From: Camelus dromedarius
Lineage: Eukaryota
Direction: 5' to 3'
Length of the DNA stretch: 64,000 bases
Assembly (NCBI RefSeq): GCF_036321535.1
Contig: NC_087437.1
Span: forward strand, 87,608,001-87,672,000
Position numbers and translations under genes: made by a program. Shown here piece after piece: positions 1 through 13,800 of this stretch (positions within the stretch are counted from its first letter, which is position 1; the number at the start of each line of letters is the position of its first letter). The notes beneath the pieces are model-generated. The model was given only the letters and a program-made list of their open reading frames with translations, ran no database searches and was not told the DNA's origin.

Positions 1-79
1 ATGAGCCGACTCAGAGTGGAGGACGACCTTGGCAGACAGGACAGCAGGGGGCTCTTGGCGGCAGCGCCGCAGGGAGCCC

Positions 80-260
80 TCCATGAAGGGAGGACGAGGC
101 AGAGAGTCGCTGGACCACATCCTGAAGGATCGCGTTTGCCTGGTTGAGACACCTGGACTCTATGATATTGTCAACGCAGAGAACTAGACCAGTTTTAGGA
201 GGAGACTCAACATATTAAAATTTGTGTATTAAAAAGAAAACTCTTTGTGTTGAATGTTTT
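80..260 (-). mobile_element. L2 LINE fragment, highly diverged
   Basis: ggaccacatcctgaagg...ctggactctatg...gttttaggagg...aaaagaaaactct follows the antisense L2 pattern (ggccagatcatgtagggcc...ggattttattc...aaagatcactctggc). Boundaries approximate. Confidence 0.5.
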
Positions 261-758
261 TTCCCTCAGCTCTCTTCTACCTTGGATCACAAATTTGTAT
301 CATTGTTTCGTTAGAAAAGAGAGCTCATCCTCTAGAAATTGTTAATTACTTGCTGCTGGTTTTGAAAGCTTTCCTTGGTTTTTTGGTTCCAGATCTTTAA
401 ACCTCACTGTGAACCAACCCAATTGTTGAGAAACATTGGACACAGCCATTGGGAAATCTTAACCATATGTGCTAGAGTGGCTGCAAAGAAAATACATAGG
501 GCTTAGGCCAGAAACTTCAGTGCTTTGTTGAATACATATGTCGATTTTACACAACCAATCAAAGCAAATATATAAAACTGCTCCTTAATTCTGTATAAAA
601 AATCTCTAACTGTTGCTTTATTCTGTAATATCAGATACCTGAATTCAAGGGAATTCTAGATTTTATTTGTTTTGATCTCTGTTTCCTCTTTTAATATCTA
701 GGATAAGTATACCAAGGTAATTTTTAAAGGAGTTGAATATTATAAAAAATAGACTATT

Positions 759-825
759 TACACCTGAAACTAAATATAATGTTGTAAATCCCACTAACTT
801 CAACAAAATAAATAAATTTTAAAAA
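759..825 (+). mobile_element. Extremely 5'-truncated young L1 3' end
   Basis: tacacctgaaactaa...tgtaaatc...acttcaa plus A-rich tail. The same terminal motif occurs at 28360-28464 and about 31080-31130. Confidence 0.8.
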
Positions 826-835
826 GCACTGTTAG

Positions 836-912
836 TAGTGTGCATGTGTGTGTGCATGTGTGGTGTGTGTGTGGTGTGTGTGGTGTGTGTGGTGTGTGTG
901 TGCATGTGTGTG
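836..912. repeat. Compound (TG)n / (GTGGTGTGT)n microsatellite
   Basis: Directly visible. It explains the CVVCVV ORF at 838..1077. Confidence 0.95.
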
Positions 913-1039
913 AGGGAGGGTGGCAAGTGCAGGAGGGATTGGAACCCGGAGGCAGGAAAAGCATGTGTTTTAACTATACAGCAAGTCCACATTAAAAGCC
1001 ATCACACCAGTCCTAAGGTAATGTCAGGTACAAGGACAA

Positions 1040-1185
1040 TTTGGAAGAGAGATGCATCTGTACTTTGTGAAAACTGAATGTGATGAGTGTAGAAGAAAAA
1101 ATATTTAAAGAAGGATCACCCTGGTTCAGTTTTGAGCCACTGGTTGATCGTTGATAGCTGCTGAGTGGCAAACACCAGGCCTTGT
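1040..1185 (-). mobile_element. L2 fragment
   Basis: aaggatcaccctggttcagttttgagccactggttgatcgttgat resembles antisense L2 (aaggatgactcccaggtttctggcttgagcaactgggtggatggtg). Confidence 0.45.
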
Positions 1186-2920
1186 AGAGTGAGTAAAAGC
1201 TAAGACCTGATAAATCCAGGTCAGTGAATAATTCCTGAGTGCCTGTCATGTAGTGGTCCCTAGGAGTTGATATTATTCACCTCGGAGAATACAAAGTTAA
1301 AATATCCATAAACAATGTTGCTCGTTTGCATGAAATAATATTGCCCTGAGGGAGCTGGATAGCTCTTTTTTTTAACCGAAGATCGGAAAAGAGAAAAGGG
1401 ACTTTCATTACAGCTTTAGATGCAATATTGAATTACCATATAATGCTGAGAATATTTTGAATTATTTTTGTGTAAAGTGTCATGGAATCACATAAATCCA
1501 ATATAAACTGAAGTAAAAAAATTGAATCTGAAGAGAATTCACAAAGGGCAGTCACTTGTAAATAGTTCTAGTTGAGTGATATTTAATTTAATTACATTTT
1601 ACTCATCTTTTCCAAATAGTCTATTGTAAATGTGCACACATTTTATTAATGAATTTCTTTAAAAGTCTGAATGTCTGGAGGGGCCTGGTCCCTCTTAAAC
1701 TATTCCAAGTCTTTTTCTTTGAGTTGGAAATAGTTTTAACTGTGTAATACATGTCTGACTTTTCTTTAAGCATACAGTTACTTTTCTGTAGGTTAAATTT
1801 AAAGCACAATTCTTTTATTTGCCTCTGTATGTCTTGACAAGGTCTTTTTATTATGAACTTTCTGTCGTTATTTTCAGCAACTGTTGTTTTAAAGAAATAA
1901 CTACAGAATAGACATTCTCTGGGTCAACCATTGGCTTGCCTTTCACCTATCTCTTTATGAAGACATCTTGAATACTTCTCTTTGATTTTTTTCCAGAATT
2001 TCTCATTCATAAAATGCTAGAGACTTGAATACCTTAAAACAACGTGTTAATCTCAACTTATGAAAAATGCCTAATGCTATTCTGGGACATTGTCACCCGT
2101 CAACACCTGATTTCAAATTACTCCTGCTGAGAAATGGATGTGTCATACTGGTATTCAGTGGTGTACATACCTTCTTCCCCTTGCTAACCCCAAAACTGAC
2201 AACGATGACTGGACTTTGCTCATGCCATCAGTCATCCACTACCCCTTTTAATCCGCTCTCTAGATGGAGAAGTGGCTGCTTAAGAGCCACTCAATGCAAG
2301 CTTTATACTCATGGGCACAGAGCCAAAAATAACTCTTGTTTCCCACTTACTGTGCAAGTAATATTAAAGGTGTACTGTCTCGTGACTTTGTGGAAGGCAA
2401 TCCTGCTGGAGCTGGGAGCTGCACGCTCTCCTTAATCATGAGCCCACTGTGAGCTGGGCTATAAAGCCATTGGGCAGCCCCTGCCAGCAATTAACACACG
2501 ACATGCTGACCATTCTTGGCAGAGCTGAAGTAGGAGCCTGGTGCCTGAAAGGCAAGATCAATCTTGAAAAATGTGTGGCCATCTGTTGGCACTGCCCGTT
2601 CTCCCCGCTGGGCTCAGAGATGGCTCTAACACCCGTGGTGCCTGCTTGAATGGATAGCATTGTATTTCAGTTCTTAATTGTGAAGAAAAGTCTTCTCTGT
2701 CCTGAGGTTTTGCTCCTCCCCAGTTCCAGAAGATGAAAGTCTAGAATTAATGAATTAAACTCCATAAAAATAAAATCTTCTTCCTGCTTAATATTAGCAA
2801 GAAAAACATGATTTGGCTCATGAGAAATGAATCCATTGGGATTTACCTGGCAATGGCAGTGGAAGTCAATGTGATGCATACCCAGTGCAGTATTTCTTGA
2901 CCCCAAGCTTCATCACTCAC

Positions 2921-3086
2921 CATGATAACCAGACTTAGCAAATAAAAATACAGAGTGCCAGGTTAAATTTGAGTTTCAGATAAAAAACAAATTTGGGGGA
3001 GGGTGTGGGAAAAATACTTATACTAAATTTTTTCCTAACCGGAGCTTCAAAATTAATTAAGAATCTGTATTTTATCTACAACTGTA
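2921..3086. mobile_element. MER53 palindromic hAT MITE
   Basis: ccagacttagcaaataaaaatacag...gttaaatttgagtttcagataaa ... atacttatactaaa...ctgtattttatct matches both arms of MER53. The centre is degenerate. Confidence 0.8.
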
Positions 3087-3154
3087 TTCTAAGCTGACTC
3101 TTAAGATCTGTTTAATGGTTCATGGTACTAAAAAACTATTCACAAAAATTCTTC

Positions 3155-3635
3155 AAAATTATACACATACATCCACCCTGCAGTAAATTGCATAAGTGGC
3201 ATTAAGTTTATTTATAAGCTTGATAAATTTTTACATATGTATGCACCTCTGTGACCACCACACAGATTAAGATCTAGAACAGCTCCATCATTATCCTGTG
3301 AAGTTCCCTAGTGTTCCTTCCAAGTCTCCGTCTTTCCCCACTGAGGTAACCTCTATTCTTCTATCCCCAAAAGTTAGTTTTCCCTTCTTTTCAAAAACTA
3401 CATATAAATGAAATCAGCTACTTTGGACTCTTGTGTCTGTTTCTTTCATGCAACAAAGTATTTATGAAATTCTGGCATGCTAGTGTGTGCAACAATATTT
3501 GGTTCTTTTAAAAGGTATTTAATTGTATGAATATACTAAATTTACTTGTTCATTCACCCACTGAATATTTGTATTGCCTTTATGACTATTATGAAGACAG
3601 CTACTAGGAAGGTTTTGTCCGTACATGTCCATGTT
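3155..3635 (-). mobile_element. Old L1 (L1ME-like) 3' region
   Basis: tgtgaccaccacacagattaagatctagaaca...gaggtaacctctattct...catataaatgaaatc...ttcattcacccactga are typical antisense L1ME 3'UTR motifs. Confidence 0.8.
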
Positions 3636-4413
3636 TATTTAATTATGTTTAATGAGTGAAACACCAGATTTTTCACTGGGGAAAATCTTTATAGTTAAGT
3701 ACCTTACACTTTCATCTCATAAAAATTATAGATTATTTTTTTCTTTTAGGGATATCAATGAATAATCTTCTAAGGGTAGGAGACAGTTCTTTCTCTAGTA
3801 TTTCCTCCAAATAAAGATTTTATTTCAGGTTTTATTTCTTTTTATTAAAGTCACTACTTTTTAAAGGAAAATCCTCAAATGTTTTATTTTTATTATTTTA
3901 AAATTGTATTAATGACAGGAGAGCTGAAAACACTAGAAACTCAAAAGCCAAACATTACTACCACTATGCCTCACGAACAACCAATGTTTGCAAGTATTGC
4001 TCTTGAGTTTTGGGTAATTTGAGAAAGAAAAATCCAGGCCCCTGTGGCCAAATAGCTTGACCACCTACTCACTCCAGCCATACTTTTCAAGATTCCAGGC
4101 TGGACCTGCTACCCTCCCGGTGCCATTGTCACCATCCCTCCACTGCCACTATCACTGGTTCCTCCACAATGTCCCTCGGGACTTTCAGGCATCTGTGGCA
4201 GAGAACTTCCTCTTTCTCTCAACCCAGAGTTAAAAAGTAGTTTCTTCCCTAGATGTTAACAAGGAAATAATTTACTACCAGAGAAAAATCTTTCACCTTA
4301 CTTTGACACAAATGAACTCTTGTCTTTACTTATAATTTAGCATTTCCTGTGTATTTTGTTGCAATGAGAATTTTTTTTAAAGATTTTTTTCTTTAATTCT
4401 CAAATAGGTCATT

Positions 4414-4652
4414 ATAATGGTAATAACAACCGCTGCTGTAACGCGTATGCTGAGCCTGGAAGAGATTCCAGCACATGAATCCTGTTGTGAGGCTCACAAA
4501 CCAGGAATATGTTTTTGTTGTTCTTTTCAACACTTTTCTGATGAGGAAACCAAGCCAAGAGCAGTTAACGTGGGCAAGGCCACTCAGCTAGTTAGAGGTA
4601 GATTCAGGTTTATGAACCCAGGCCATTTGACTCCACATTTTCTACTCTTAAA
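4414..4652 (-). mobile_element. MIR SINE
   Basis: MIR core gatgaggaaac...gttaa...caaggccactcagctagttag...gaacccagg...tgactcca...ctcttaa. Confidence 0.85.
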
Positions 4653-5134
4653 ATGAACTTATTCTGGGACGTATTTTAAAAATAAAAGAAGAAGACAGAT
4701 TTTCACCACAAAGGCAAATTCTATAGGTATAACTCAGATGTTATTTCCTTCTGTCACTGCAGGTGTAACACTTCAGTTTTATATCTCATTCCTAAGATAT
4801 TAACTAAGTTGACAATTATAATCATGTATATGGAATCATGAGTATCTTTTCCTTCAGCATTTGACTTAAATGACCAATTATTTCTCACTAATCAGACGAA
4901 TATGAATTGTGCTGACAGAGCTCTTCCTGTCTTTGACTCTTAATGTATATTTTAATGTATTTTTTAAAGATAATAGATTTTCCAAGAAGGTCTGTACTTC
5001 ATGCAGTTTTCTAGAGGTGGAATGAAACTCTAGAACAACACCTTGAAGTGGCCAAAATGGGAACAATTTGAATGACAAAATAAACAACCTGGCATTAGAT
5101 TGCAATATGTCTACATCCATACTGCTATAAATAG

Positions 5135-5815
5135 ATAGTAGAATAGATAAATAAATGGGAGAGAAAGTAATTTCAAATACTGTAAGTAGATACTCCCCCC
5201 CTTCTAGAAATGGAACTTAAACTCCACTCCTTTGGGTTATGGCCTGGGCTTTTTGACTTGCTTCCAAAGAACAGCTTATGGAAAAGGCAAAATAGTAACT
5301 TTACAGAGAAGAAAACTGGCAAACACCACCGAATGCAGTAATCAGGTTGACTCCAACAGTGCTAAGTCACATCGATACCACGTGCTGACTGACATGATGC
5401 AGTGAAAGGGGACTTAACCTCATGGTATTCTTCCCAGCTCCCATCACACCAGCCTAACCGTGAGAAAGCTTCAAACAGTCCCAGACTGAGGGGCATTCTC
5501 TGCAATCCTCCTTAAGACTGAAAATCAAGGAAAGACTGAAAATAAATTGTCATGGAGTTGAAGACATCCAAGAGACGTGAAAAATAGCCTGGGTTAGATC
5601 TTGGAACATAAAAAAGGACAGTAGTAGAATCACTGGTGAAATCCAAATAAATAGTAATATATCAATGATGTTTTCTCAGTTTTGATAAATCCACATAGTA
5701 ATACGAAAGGAAAATTTACAGGAAATTGAAATGTATGAGAGGTATCTGAAAACTATGTTTTAACTTTGAAACCTTTCTGTAGATTTGAAGTTTTTCCTCA
5801 ATTTTTTTAATTGAA
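5135..5815 (+). mobile_element. Old L1 (L1MC-like) 3' end
   Basis: tgacttgcttccaaaga...aatagtaactttacag...ctggcaaacaccacc...gagggcattct...ctggtgaaatccaaataaa...ttttctcagttttgataaat. Confidence 0.85.
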
Positions 5816-7717
5816 AAAAAAAGCAGATCATGACCTGAAACCATAGGAAAACTAGGGAAGAAGATCCCGAAAGATTTTGGTTTAAAGTGATTAAATTTTT
5901 TTTTAAATAAAGTGATTAGAGTATGATATCCTAACACTGCTTAGAGAGCAGAGACCAAAATACCCCTGCTCTTCTGTAGCGAACTACCCAAAGCGCCCGA
6001 GTCTTCAAAAGTGAGGACTGTACCCACAAAACCAGGTCGCCTTTGGCCTTATCTGTGAGCCTGACATTATTTTCATTGCTTTTGAATGATTCACTATATT
6101 GTAGTGTAGAATATATAATTAGACATGTTTACTTTTGATTTTAGTAATGATTTACTTAACAAAATGATCACAAGGGCAATGTCAAAAAGTGAAGATATTT
6201 GTCAAACTGAGAGAACTTCTTTTCTTTAATGTATTTTAATAGCATTTCCCCCATTTGCCCATTCTAGACCTGGAAGGCACATAGTAATAACTATTTCTAT
6301 TTCTTGAGTTGGTTGCTATGGTTACTCTGCAGCTGTGATGTAACAAAGAAAATTAAGACTTTTTATAAAGCAGATATAGCTTAGCCTTGCAAAAGTGTCA
6401 TTAATAATTTCAGGGGGCGGGGAGATGAATATATTTATATTGGGAATCCAAAAACATATATGAAGGGGCAAAACTATGTGCCCTTGAGGAATAGAATTTT
6501 CTCTCTGAAATGAGAACACTTTCAGAATCATTATGGTAATCATCCTTCTCCATGCAATGGGTGAATATATTTGCACAGGAAGGCATTTAATAATAGATAT
6601 ACAAGAAAGGCAGGGCAGAAGCAGCAGATGTATGATATGTGATGACCAAAAAACGATTACCCAACACTGATCCCAAGGTTGTTGAACATGTCAAATCCTT
6701 CTGTATACTGGTCAGTGTATACTTAGACACTCCACCAAGAAAATACGACATTTCGAGCTGATTCTCTTGCTCTCTGGGGTTCTTCGGTAAGTTGCCTTAG
6801 GAAGAGCAGGTAACCAACATCTGAAAAGTTTGAGTTTTAATAAATCCTTCATTTTGCCCTCTTTAAACTTCAACAAAAAGCCCTTTGACATGTGATATAC
6901 TGGCATATGAATCACAATAAGCTACTGCCCACTGGATGCCAAATGTCAGGACCTTCGTATGCAAAATATATTCTTCCTACTTAAGTGGGAACTTGACTCT
7001 GTTTGTCTTTGAGTTCCTCTTTGTCTCAAGTTCCTTGAGACAGCTGATGTCATAACTTGACTCTAAAGGAAAATAATGACAATACAGTTATTTAATTAGT
7101 AACAAGGGTAAAATCCTTCTAATACAACGTGTTCAGAGGTCAGTTTGGGGTCCCTCTCATTGAACAAGTAGATTTTAGAGACTGGCTTAATTCTGATCTC
7201 TAGACTTGAATTTCCCACTAATAAAGGGTAATATAATGTAGTGTAAGACTTTGTATTTGTTCAGATCTTTTAACTCCTGAGGAACTAATATGCAACAACT
7301 GAATAAATATCTCCACACTGTTTCAGCAGCACAGATGACCTCTGATGGAGCAAAGCATCAACCATGTCCAGAGTCAAAGATGGAAATGGACCACTACCAT
7401 TTACAGAATCAAAAGTAGAAAGCTATTTTCTACCTGGTTGTTGGGTGATTTACATAATGACTGTAGAATATATAAGCATCATAATCTTAACCTTGGAGGA
7501 AAATACTCTACTTTTTTACAAAAATAAGTAAATAGATAAAGAAAATAAGTAGGACATGAAAGGAAGCCAAGTATTTGGAAGTTCTGTCTTTCAAAGAAAA
7601 AAAAATTAATTCACAAATTGTATTTTCTAAAGTGATTGCTATAATCTGACTTTGTACTACTTTTTAGAATTTTCCTTTGAAGTTATCACAGGTCACCTTT
7701 TATGTTGTTTTCTTCGT

Positions 7718-7840
7718 ACCCCTTTACTAGACTGAAAACCCTAGTGTTCAGAACCATGCTTTGTATAGTCTTGTTTTGCCTGCGCTGAACAAATTTTCAA
7801 GTGTTTAGGGGACACTTAAGTTTATGACATAAAATGAAGG
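7718..7840 (+). mobile_element. L2 3' fragment
   Basis: ccctttactagactgaaaaccc...cagaaccatgctttgt resembles the L2 3' end. Confidence 0.4.
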
Positions 7841-10800
7841 AACTAAGTTAAAGTCATGTAAATTGTTTCAGCATCTATGAGATGGAGTGAACTCTTTAAT
7901 TCTGGTGAACTAACTGATTTAGCATTGGGGTTTTCTTTTCTTTCCTTTTCTTTTCTTTTTTAATTCTGCAATCTTCTGAGGAAGTGTTGATATATCTGAT
8001 ATTATATGCTGGCCTTTAGAACTATTTTCACCTCCTTTCTCAAATGCTGTTATTTGAAGATCTGAACTCATATCCTGGAAGGTTTGGCCTCTGACTTCTT
8101 ATTTCCCTGAATAAACATCATAATGGCAACTTCCATTTTCAAATTTAAGCCTTCTCTTTCAGAATTTTAATCCAGTTAGTCTTTTCCCTGCAGTGTGTAA
8201 TCAATGCTCAGGGCTTATTCTGTCTTTTTCGAAGAGTTTTCATTATATAAGTTGGTAGCTTTGTAGTCTCCCCTCACAAGCTCTACTTCCAGGAAACTAG
8301 ATGAGAAAAACTTCTTTGGTTATGACCAATTAATTGGCATTCACTTCTGTGCTTTGATTTATTTCATTTGATGATTAATAATAAGCCATTTGGCTTTAGA
8401 TAATACAAATTGTGTCAGAGTTAGAAGTTAGATAAAAGAGTCTAAATTTTAATTTTTTGGAGGAGGAATTGAATTGTGTAAATATAATATTAAGGGGAGA
8501 GATATAATCATAGTGTTTGGAGAAGTGTTTAAAATAAAATTTATTACACAACTTATAGTTTTGTCATGTATTACTCTCACATGCAAGACATTTCCTACAC
8601 AATTAATCAGTCTTTTTAAGAACTTTTAACTCTATCCTATCACTGTGAAAACCTTGTTTGATACTTGAAGATTCTTGTGTGAAGTTGACTCACTTGGCTT
8701 CAAATGCATGGCATTATTGATTGGTGACTCAGCTCTCTGAGATGTGTCCTACAAAATGGGGTTTTCCTTTGCTGCCATGCAGACACTACTGATGTCAGCA
8801 TTCAGCAGCATGACCAGCCGTCCTTTGTGGAGTCCTCATTTCTGAGTGATGAGATTTTCTTGGTCATGTTTGTGTGCCAGTTAAAATGCCCTCTAAATGC
8901 CACATACTTTCTCTAGTTTGATCACTGAAGGGAAAAAAGTTAATCAACAGTATTGATTGTATATTAAAGGCCCATGGGAAATTTTATGTCTTCTACTAGG
9001 GAAACTTTTTAAAATTTATTAAATTCCTATTATTTAAACATGCGATTGATGTGTTTAATTAACATCCTATATTTGTCTCTTGACCAATAGTAGATTAACA
9101 GGAAATTATGAAAACATCATATACAGTTTAGTATTTACTTGAGTTGAAATTTATATAAAGAAAGCTTGCTCTGAGTACACCTATGTAAAAAGTTTGATGT
9201 AAGAAAAGATAATAAAAAAAAAGAATTTCATTGAAAATATGAGGTATTATATCGCAGAACAAACATTATCATTAACTCTGCTTTACTTGATAAAAACCTG
9301 TGTGCAACTTAAAAAATATATAGGTCAGAAAGAGAAGGGAAGATTAGTTATATGTAATCCTTGTCTCTTTAACTCATCTGTTAAGAAAATCACTCTTTGA
9401 GCATACAAGTCTATTGAATGATCTATTCAAAAATGATTAATAGGAACATCATCTCAAATTTGTAATAGGAAATAAAATTGCTTGAGGAAGTCAAAGAATC
9501 CCGAAGAGTGTCCCTTCACACCAACAGAAGAAGCATCGCCAGCAGCCTGATGTTTAAAAATTAAAATCTGCGCTGGGGCCAGGGGCTGTGCTCACCAAAT
9601 AACCAATAAAAGGCAGTTGTAACTGCTGGGAAAAGAAATTGCTGAGGAAAGCACGTGACAAGGCAATTAAAAACTTGTCTTTTTCTAACCACGAAATGTC
9701 CTGCTCCAGAAAAATGTTGAACCTGATTTCCAGTAGAAAATGCAGTAGAAAAGATCATGTTAGAAAATAACTTTGTTTTCTTCCTCAGACATCAGCCTGA
9801 AAAACCTTTCTCTTTGTCCTGGAGACAGATATGTAGGCTTTTGTTGTGCTCTAAAGCTTGATTCAAACGCAGCTGCTAACAAGACATATCTTTGCCTCTT
9901 GAAGTTCGTGTGGACTGTCTCCTAACTGCCCAGGGAAAGTGCAGCATCAAGATCCTTGGGCGTCAGCTAATCTCTCCTAAGTGCTGGCAGCCGCAGAGCT
10001 CTTACGGAATGAACAGCGATCAGATATGGTGAACAGATGGCAGCTCCACATTGTAAGGACCACAACCAAAGACATCCTTCATTTAGGATGTGCCAGAAAG
10101 CCACGGATGGCTCTATTAACACAGTGGCTTTTTTTTATTAGCTAAATGGCTTTTGATAGATTTAACTGAAATTTTAGAGAGCTTGCACAGGTGTATTTTG
10201 TCCTAACAGCAATCAGTCTTCTCAATAAAAGATCCTTAATACTGACTGCATCTCAGATTCTTCTTGCATTCTCAGTAATTCACTGTAAAACTTTGAGTTC
10301 GGGCTGATGATTAGGTATAAATGAGTGCTTGCAATCAGGGAGAGCCTCACTCAATGAAGTTATTACTGTTTTGAAAGTATTGTATGCCTTTAGGATTTGA
10401 ACACTCCTTTAAAGTCAAGACTCACAAAGGTTTGCTACTGAAGAAGGGGGGCATTTCCCCCTTATTTTATGCGTAATCAAGTAAGCTTTTCAATTGCAGT
10501 ATTATTTATTTAAATTGTTAGGCTTTAATTTTTCTCTGCTTCTTTCCATAGCAATTTATGTGCAGTAGTTGAGGGTGATCTGCTAGTAGCCCAATAGCTG
10601 CAGCAAAGTGCACTCATTTTTTGATTGAAGGGCAGAAACAGAGCCTTTGAGCAAGCTTTAAAAAAAAGGAAGTACTGCTTCATAGTCTGATGGGCTAGCA
10701 CCAAAGAGTGGAGGCAGGAACGTGGGTGAGATTAGCCTCTGGTAAGTCATTCCTTGGGCCTAGGATTTATCTTTATAAAAACACATCTGCTATTTCTCGT

Positions 10801-13800
10801 AAAAGCCTTTTGGACTATTAGATTCACAGTGCCATTTGTTTTGCTTTTACTATGATTCGTAAGAAGAATCATCTGACTATTGAGACTAACTCGACTCAGA
10901 ACTCAAAGGAAAATAGAGACCCCATGAACTGAATGAATTCTCTCTTACAAGCTACTATCTTTACTACAATTTAAGGAATTACATTGTTAAAAATATGTGG
11001 TATGACCAGTAGGCATTCTTTTGCATTTATGTTTTCTCTGTTGAGAAGAAATTCAACAACTTAGAGCAAAAGAAAAAAAACTGCATCTTGGCAAGATGCA
11101 TATTTATTCAGCCTGCCTATTATGAATCCTACAGTTTGAACATAAATCTTACAGAACATAAAACTATCCTTTTCAGGTAGACATTTACATAGCACCTTTC
11201 TTTTAACCTCCTATTCCCAGCCCTCAAGAAAAGGTCATCGGTTTGCTAATTGCTCACCACAACCTAGGTTTTAATCACCTGATCCATCAACAGGCCTCCT
11301 CACACTTCCTTTATTCATCTTGTCAGTAAGTGACATTCTTGGTAATGAAACCAACAAATCTATTGATAGCATCCCTCAATAGAGTGGAAGGCATCCTACA
11401 TTAGCTCTGTCTTGGAAACCAGTCTATTCTATTACAATTGACCTTCTCTTGCTGATTACCACACAAATCATAGTCCTTTACCCCCCGCCCCATCTATTAG
11501 AGTATTTCTTCTGCAGCCTTTCAATTGCCTGACTGCAGTCGGTAATTGGATTCATGTTTGAAGCACAGCGCTATAAGGAAAAGCCTGGAATAATTCAAAA
11601 GGAACACCCTGGCCTAAGGCTGAGACCATATGTTACTCTCAGATTTGTATCAGTGAAGCTTATTGCTTTAGCAACAAGAAAACCCATTCAAATGTCATAA
11701 AATTGTTTTATTTTAGAGGCTAGTTTATTTAAACTGTCAATATAATCTAATGTCTATAAAATCATAATATTAAAAGGATGGAAAAGTTACTTGACTTTGT
11801 AAAATATTTAAAAGAAAAAGAAGCACTTGGTAAATTATCCTGTCTCTCCTCCTGAATCTCATATTCTGCCACAAGTAGCTTTGAATTAAGTAATATAAAA
11901 ATTAGAGACCACCAAAAAGCCAATGATTTGGCACTATCTTCCTTCAGCACTTACTACTTAATACATGACTATGAGCATTCTAGCTTTGTATACTTATTTC
12001 AAATTGATGCATTCTTTCTGTCCCATTATTAAAAGAGGCAAATACTACCTAATAAATTTATGGTTAGTGACAGAACAGTATAAGTATACTAAGAAACACA
12101 TATGAAAGTGACTAAACACGCCTTTAAACTGTGAATCATTGATAGTTTTGTGGTGTCCAACCAACCATCATGGCTTGCCCCCTGCCTCATGCTCCTTAAA
12201 GTGGAGCTTAAGAAAAAATTTATAAAATCTGAAATGCTAAAGAGAGTTTTACCTTGAGAGGGAGAAAACCGCTCTCCAGAGGAAAAAAATCTGTTTCTTC
12301 AAATCACTAAATCATCTTTTCATATAGTTGGGCTCCATTACTAACATAACCCTAGTGGAGTACATTAGTTTATATGGATTACTCCAACAATAATTGACCA
12401 TTTTTAGTAGATCATCCAAACGTCCACCTCGTAACATCTTGGGGTGAAATAGCTGTGAAGCATCTCATTTGCCCCATTTTGCAGAGAGACAAGTTGAATG
12501 ATGCAAGCAAGAGTGTAAAACAATTCAAGAAAAAAGTTATAGAATCCTATTTCTTAAGACACAATTATAGGCATCTGTGTCTTAACGTAAGCACAGCCCG
12601 TGGCTGTAATTATTGACACCTTGTAGATGGAGAGACGTAAATGGGACATTTCTATTTATATACAACTTTGAAACTATTTTTGTATTTATATTTGAATATG
12701 GATATAACTGATTCTTAGGAAGTCAAAACATTTCTAACAAATAGTGATGCAAGTTTGTACAACATCATACAATTTCTAGCGTATATGTCTAGGTGCTAGA
12801 AATATGTGTAATTTTATAAATACGATCAAAAATTAGGCTACTACCTGCTATCCACTTCAATCTGGGAACTAGAAAGCATTAGTTTTCAAAGTGGAAAAGA
12901 GTTCAATTTCTTAATTTTTTTTTTCAGTTTTTCTCATAAAAAAAATTTCCATTGAGAAGCTTTTGAGTGTTAGAGCTTTAAATGCTCCTGGTTCTAGGTT
13001 TGGCATTCAGAGACTAAAACAAAATCAATGAAATTAATACTAATGAAAGACTAAATTAAGTAGATTCGGTTATCTCCAGAAAGGACTTCTGAAGTAAGAA
13101 TCGGCAGATAATACAAATCAGTGCCCTCAGAAACCAGAGAGGCTAATGTGTTGCGATGTATGCCTCTAAAGTGACTATCAAGGAGAAGAGTGTTGAGTAT
13201 ACTTATCTACTTTTAAATTAATAGATTTTTTTTCTGGTTCATTTTCTTCAAGAGACCAAAATATCAACCAAATTGTCACTACTTAGACTTTTTTTTATAT
13301 ATTTGTAATGTATCATAAAACAATGAAGATACAAAGACATCTATATTGGCCTCAGTAAGTGCTATATGCTTTTCAGTTTCATGCAAACATTATGATGAGA
13401 TAATCAGGTAATCACAAAATAATTATCTTTCAAGTCTGTTCCATAGCCAACATCTCCACTTACTCTTCTGTCATGATATTGGGTATTCCAAATTTGCATT
13501 GAATATAAAACATTTAGTTTATTATAAATATATTCAGTCAAACAGCACTCTAAACGTATATTTAATGAGCACATTTATCGTCTATTTTGTACCCTTGGGT
13601 ATTTTAAAGTACTAAAATCTTATATCTAGTCCAGACTTGATATTTTATAGAATCTAATGGGAAAGTAAGGGTGCTTTCATTTCTCTATTTTAAAGTTAAT
13701 TGGGGCTGCTCACTCAAAGTGTAAAGCAATATAGAAGTTTCAAATATGTTCTTCTCAGGACTTAAAACTCATATATAAAATTAGAATGAATCTTCAAGTT

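Noticed and set aside
838..1077. Cys/Val-rich, metallothionein-looking ORF
   Set aside because: It is the translation of a TG microsatellite.
6727..6786. 60-nt plus-strand exon ending in TCG|gtaagt
   Set aside because: The acceptor lacks a convincing pyrimidine tract and the open-frame peptides are unrecognised.
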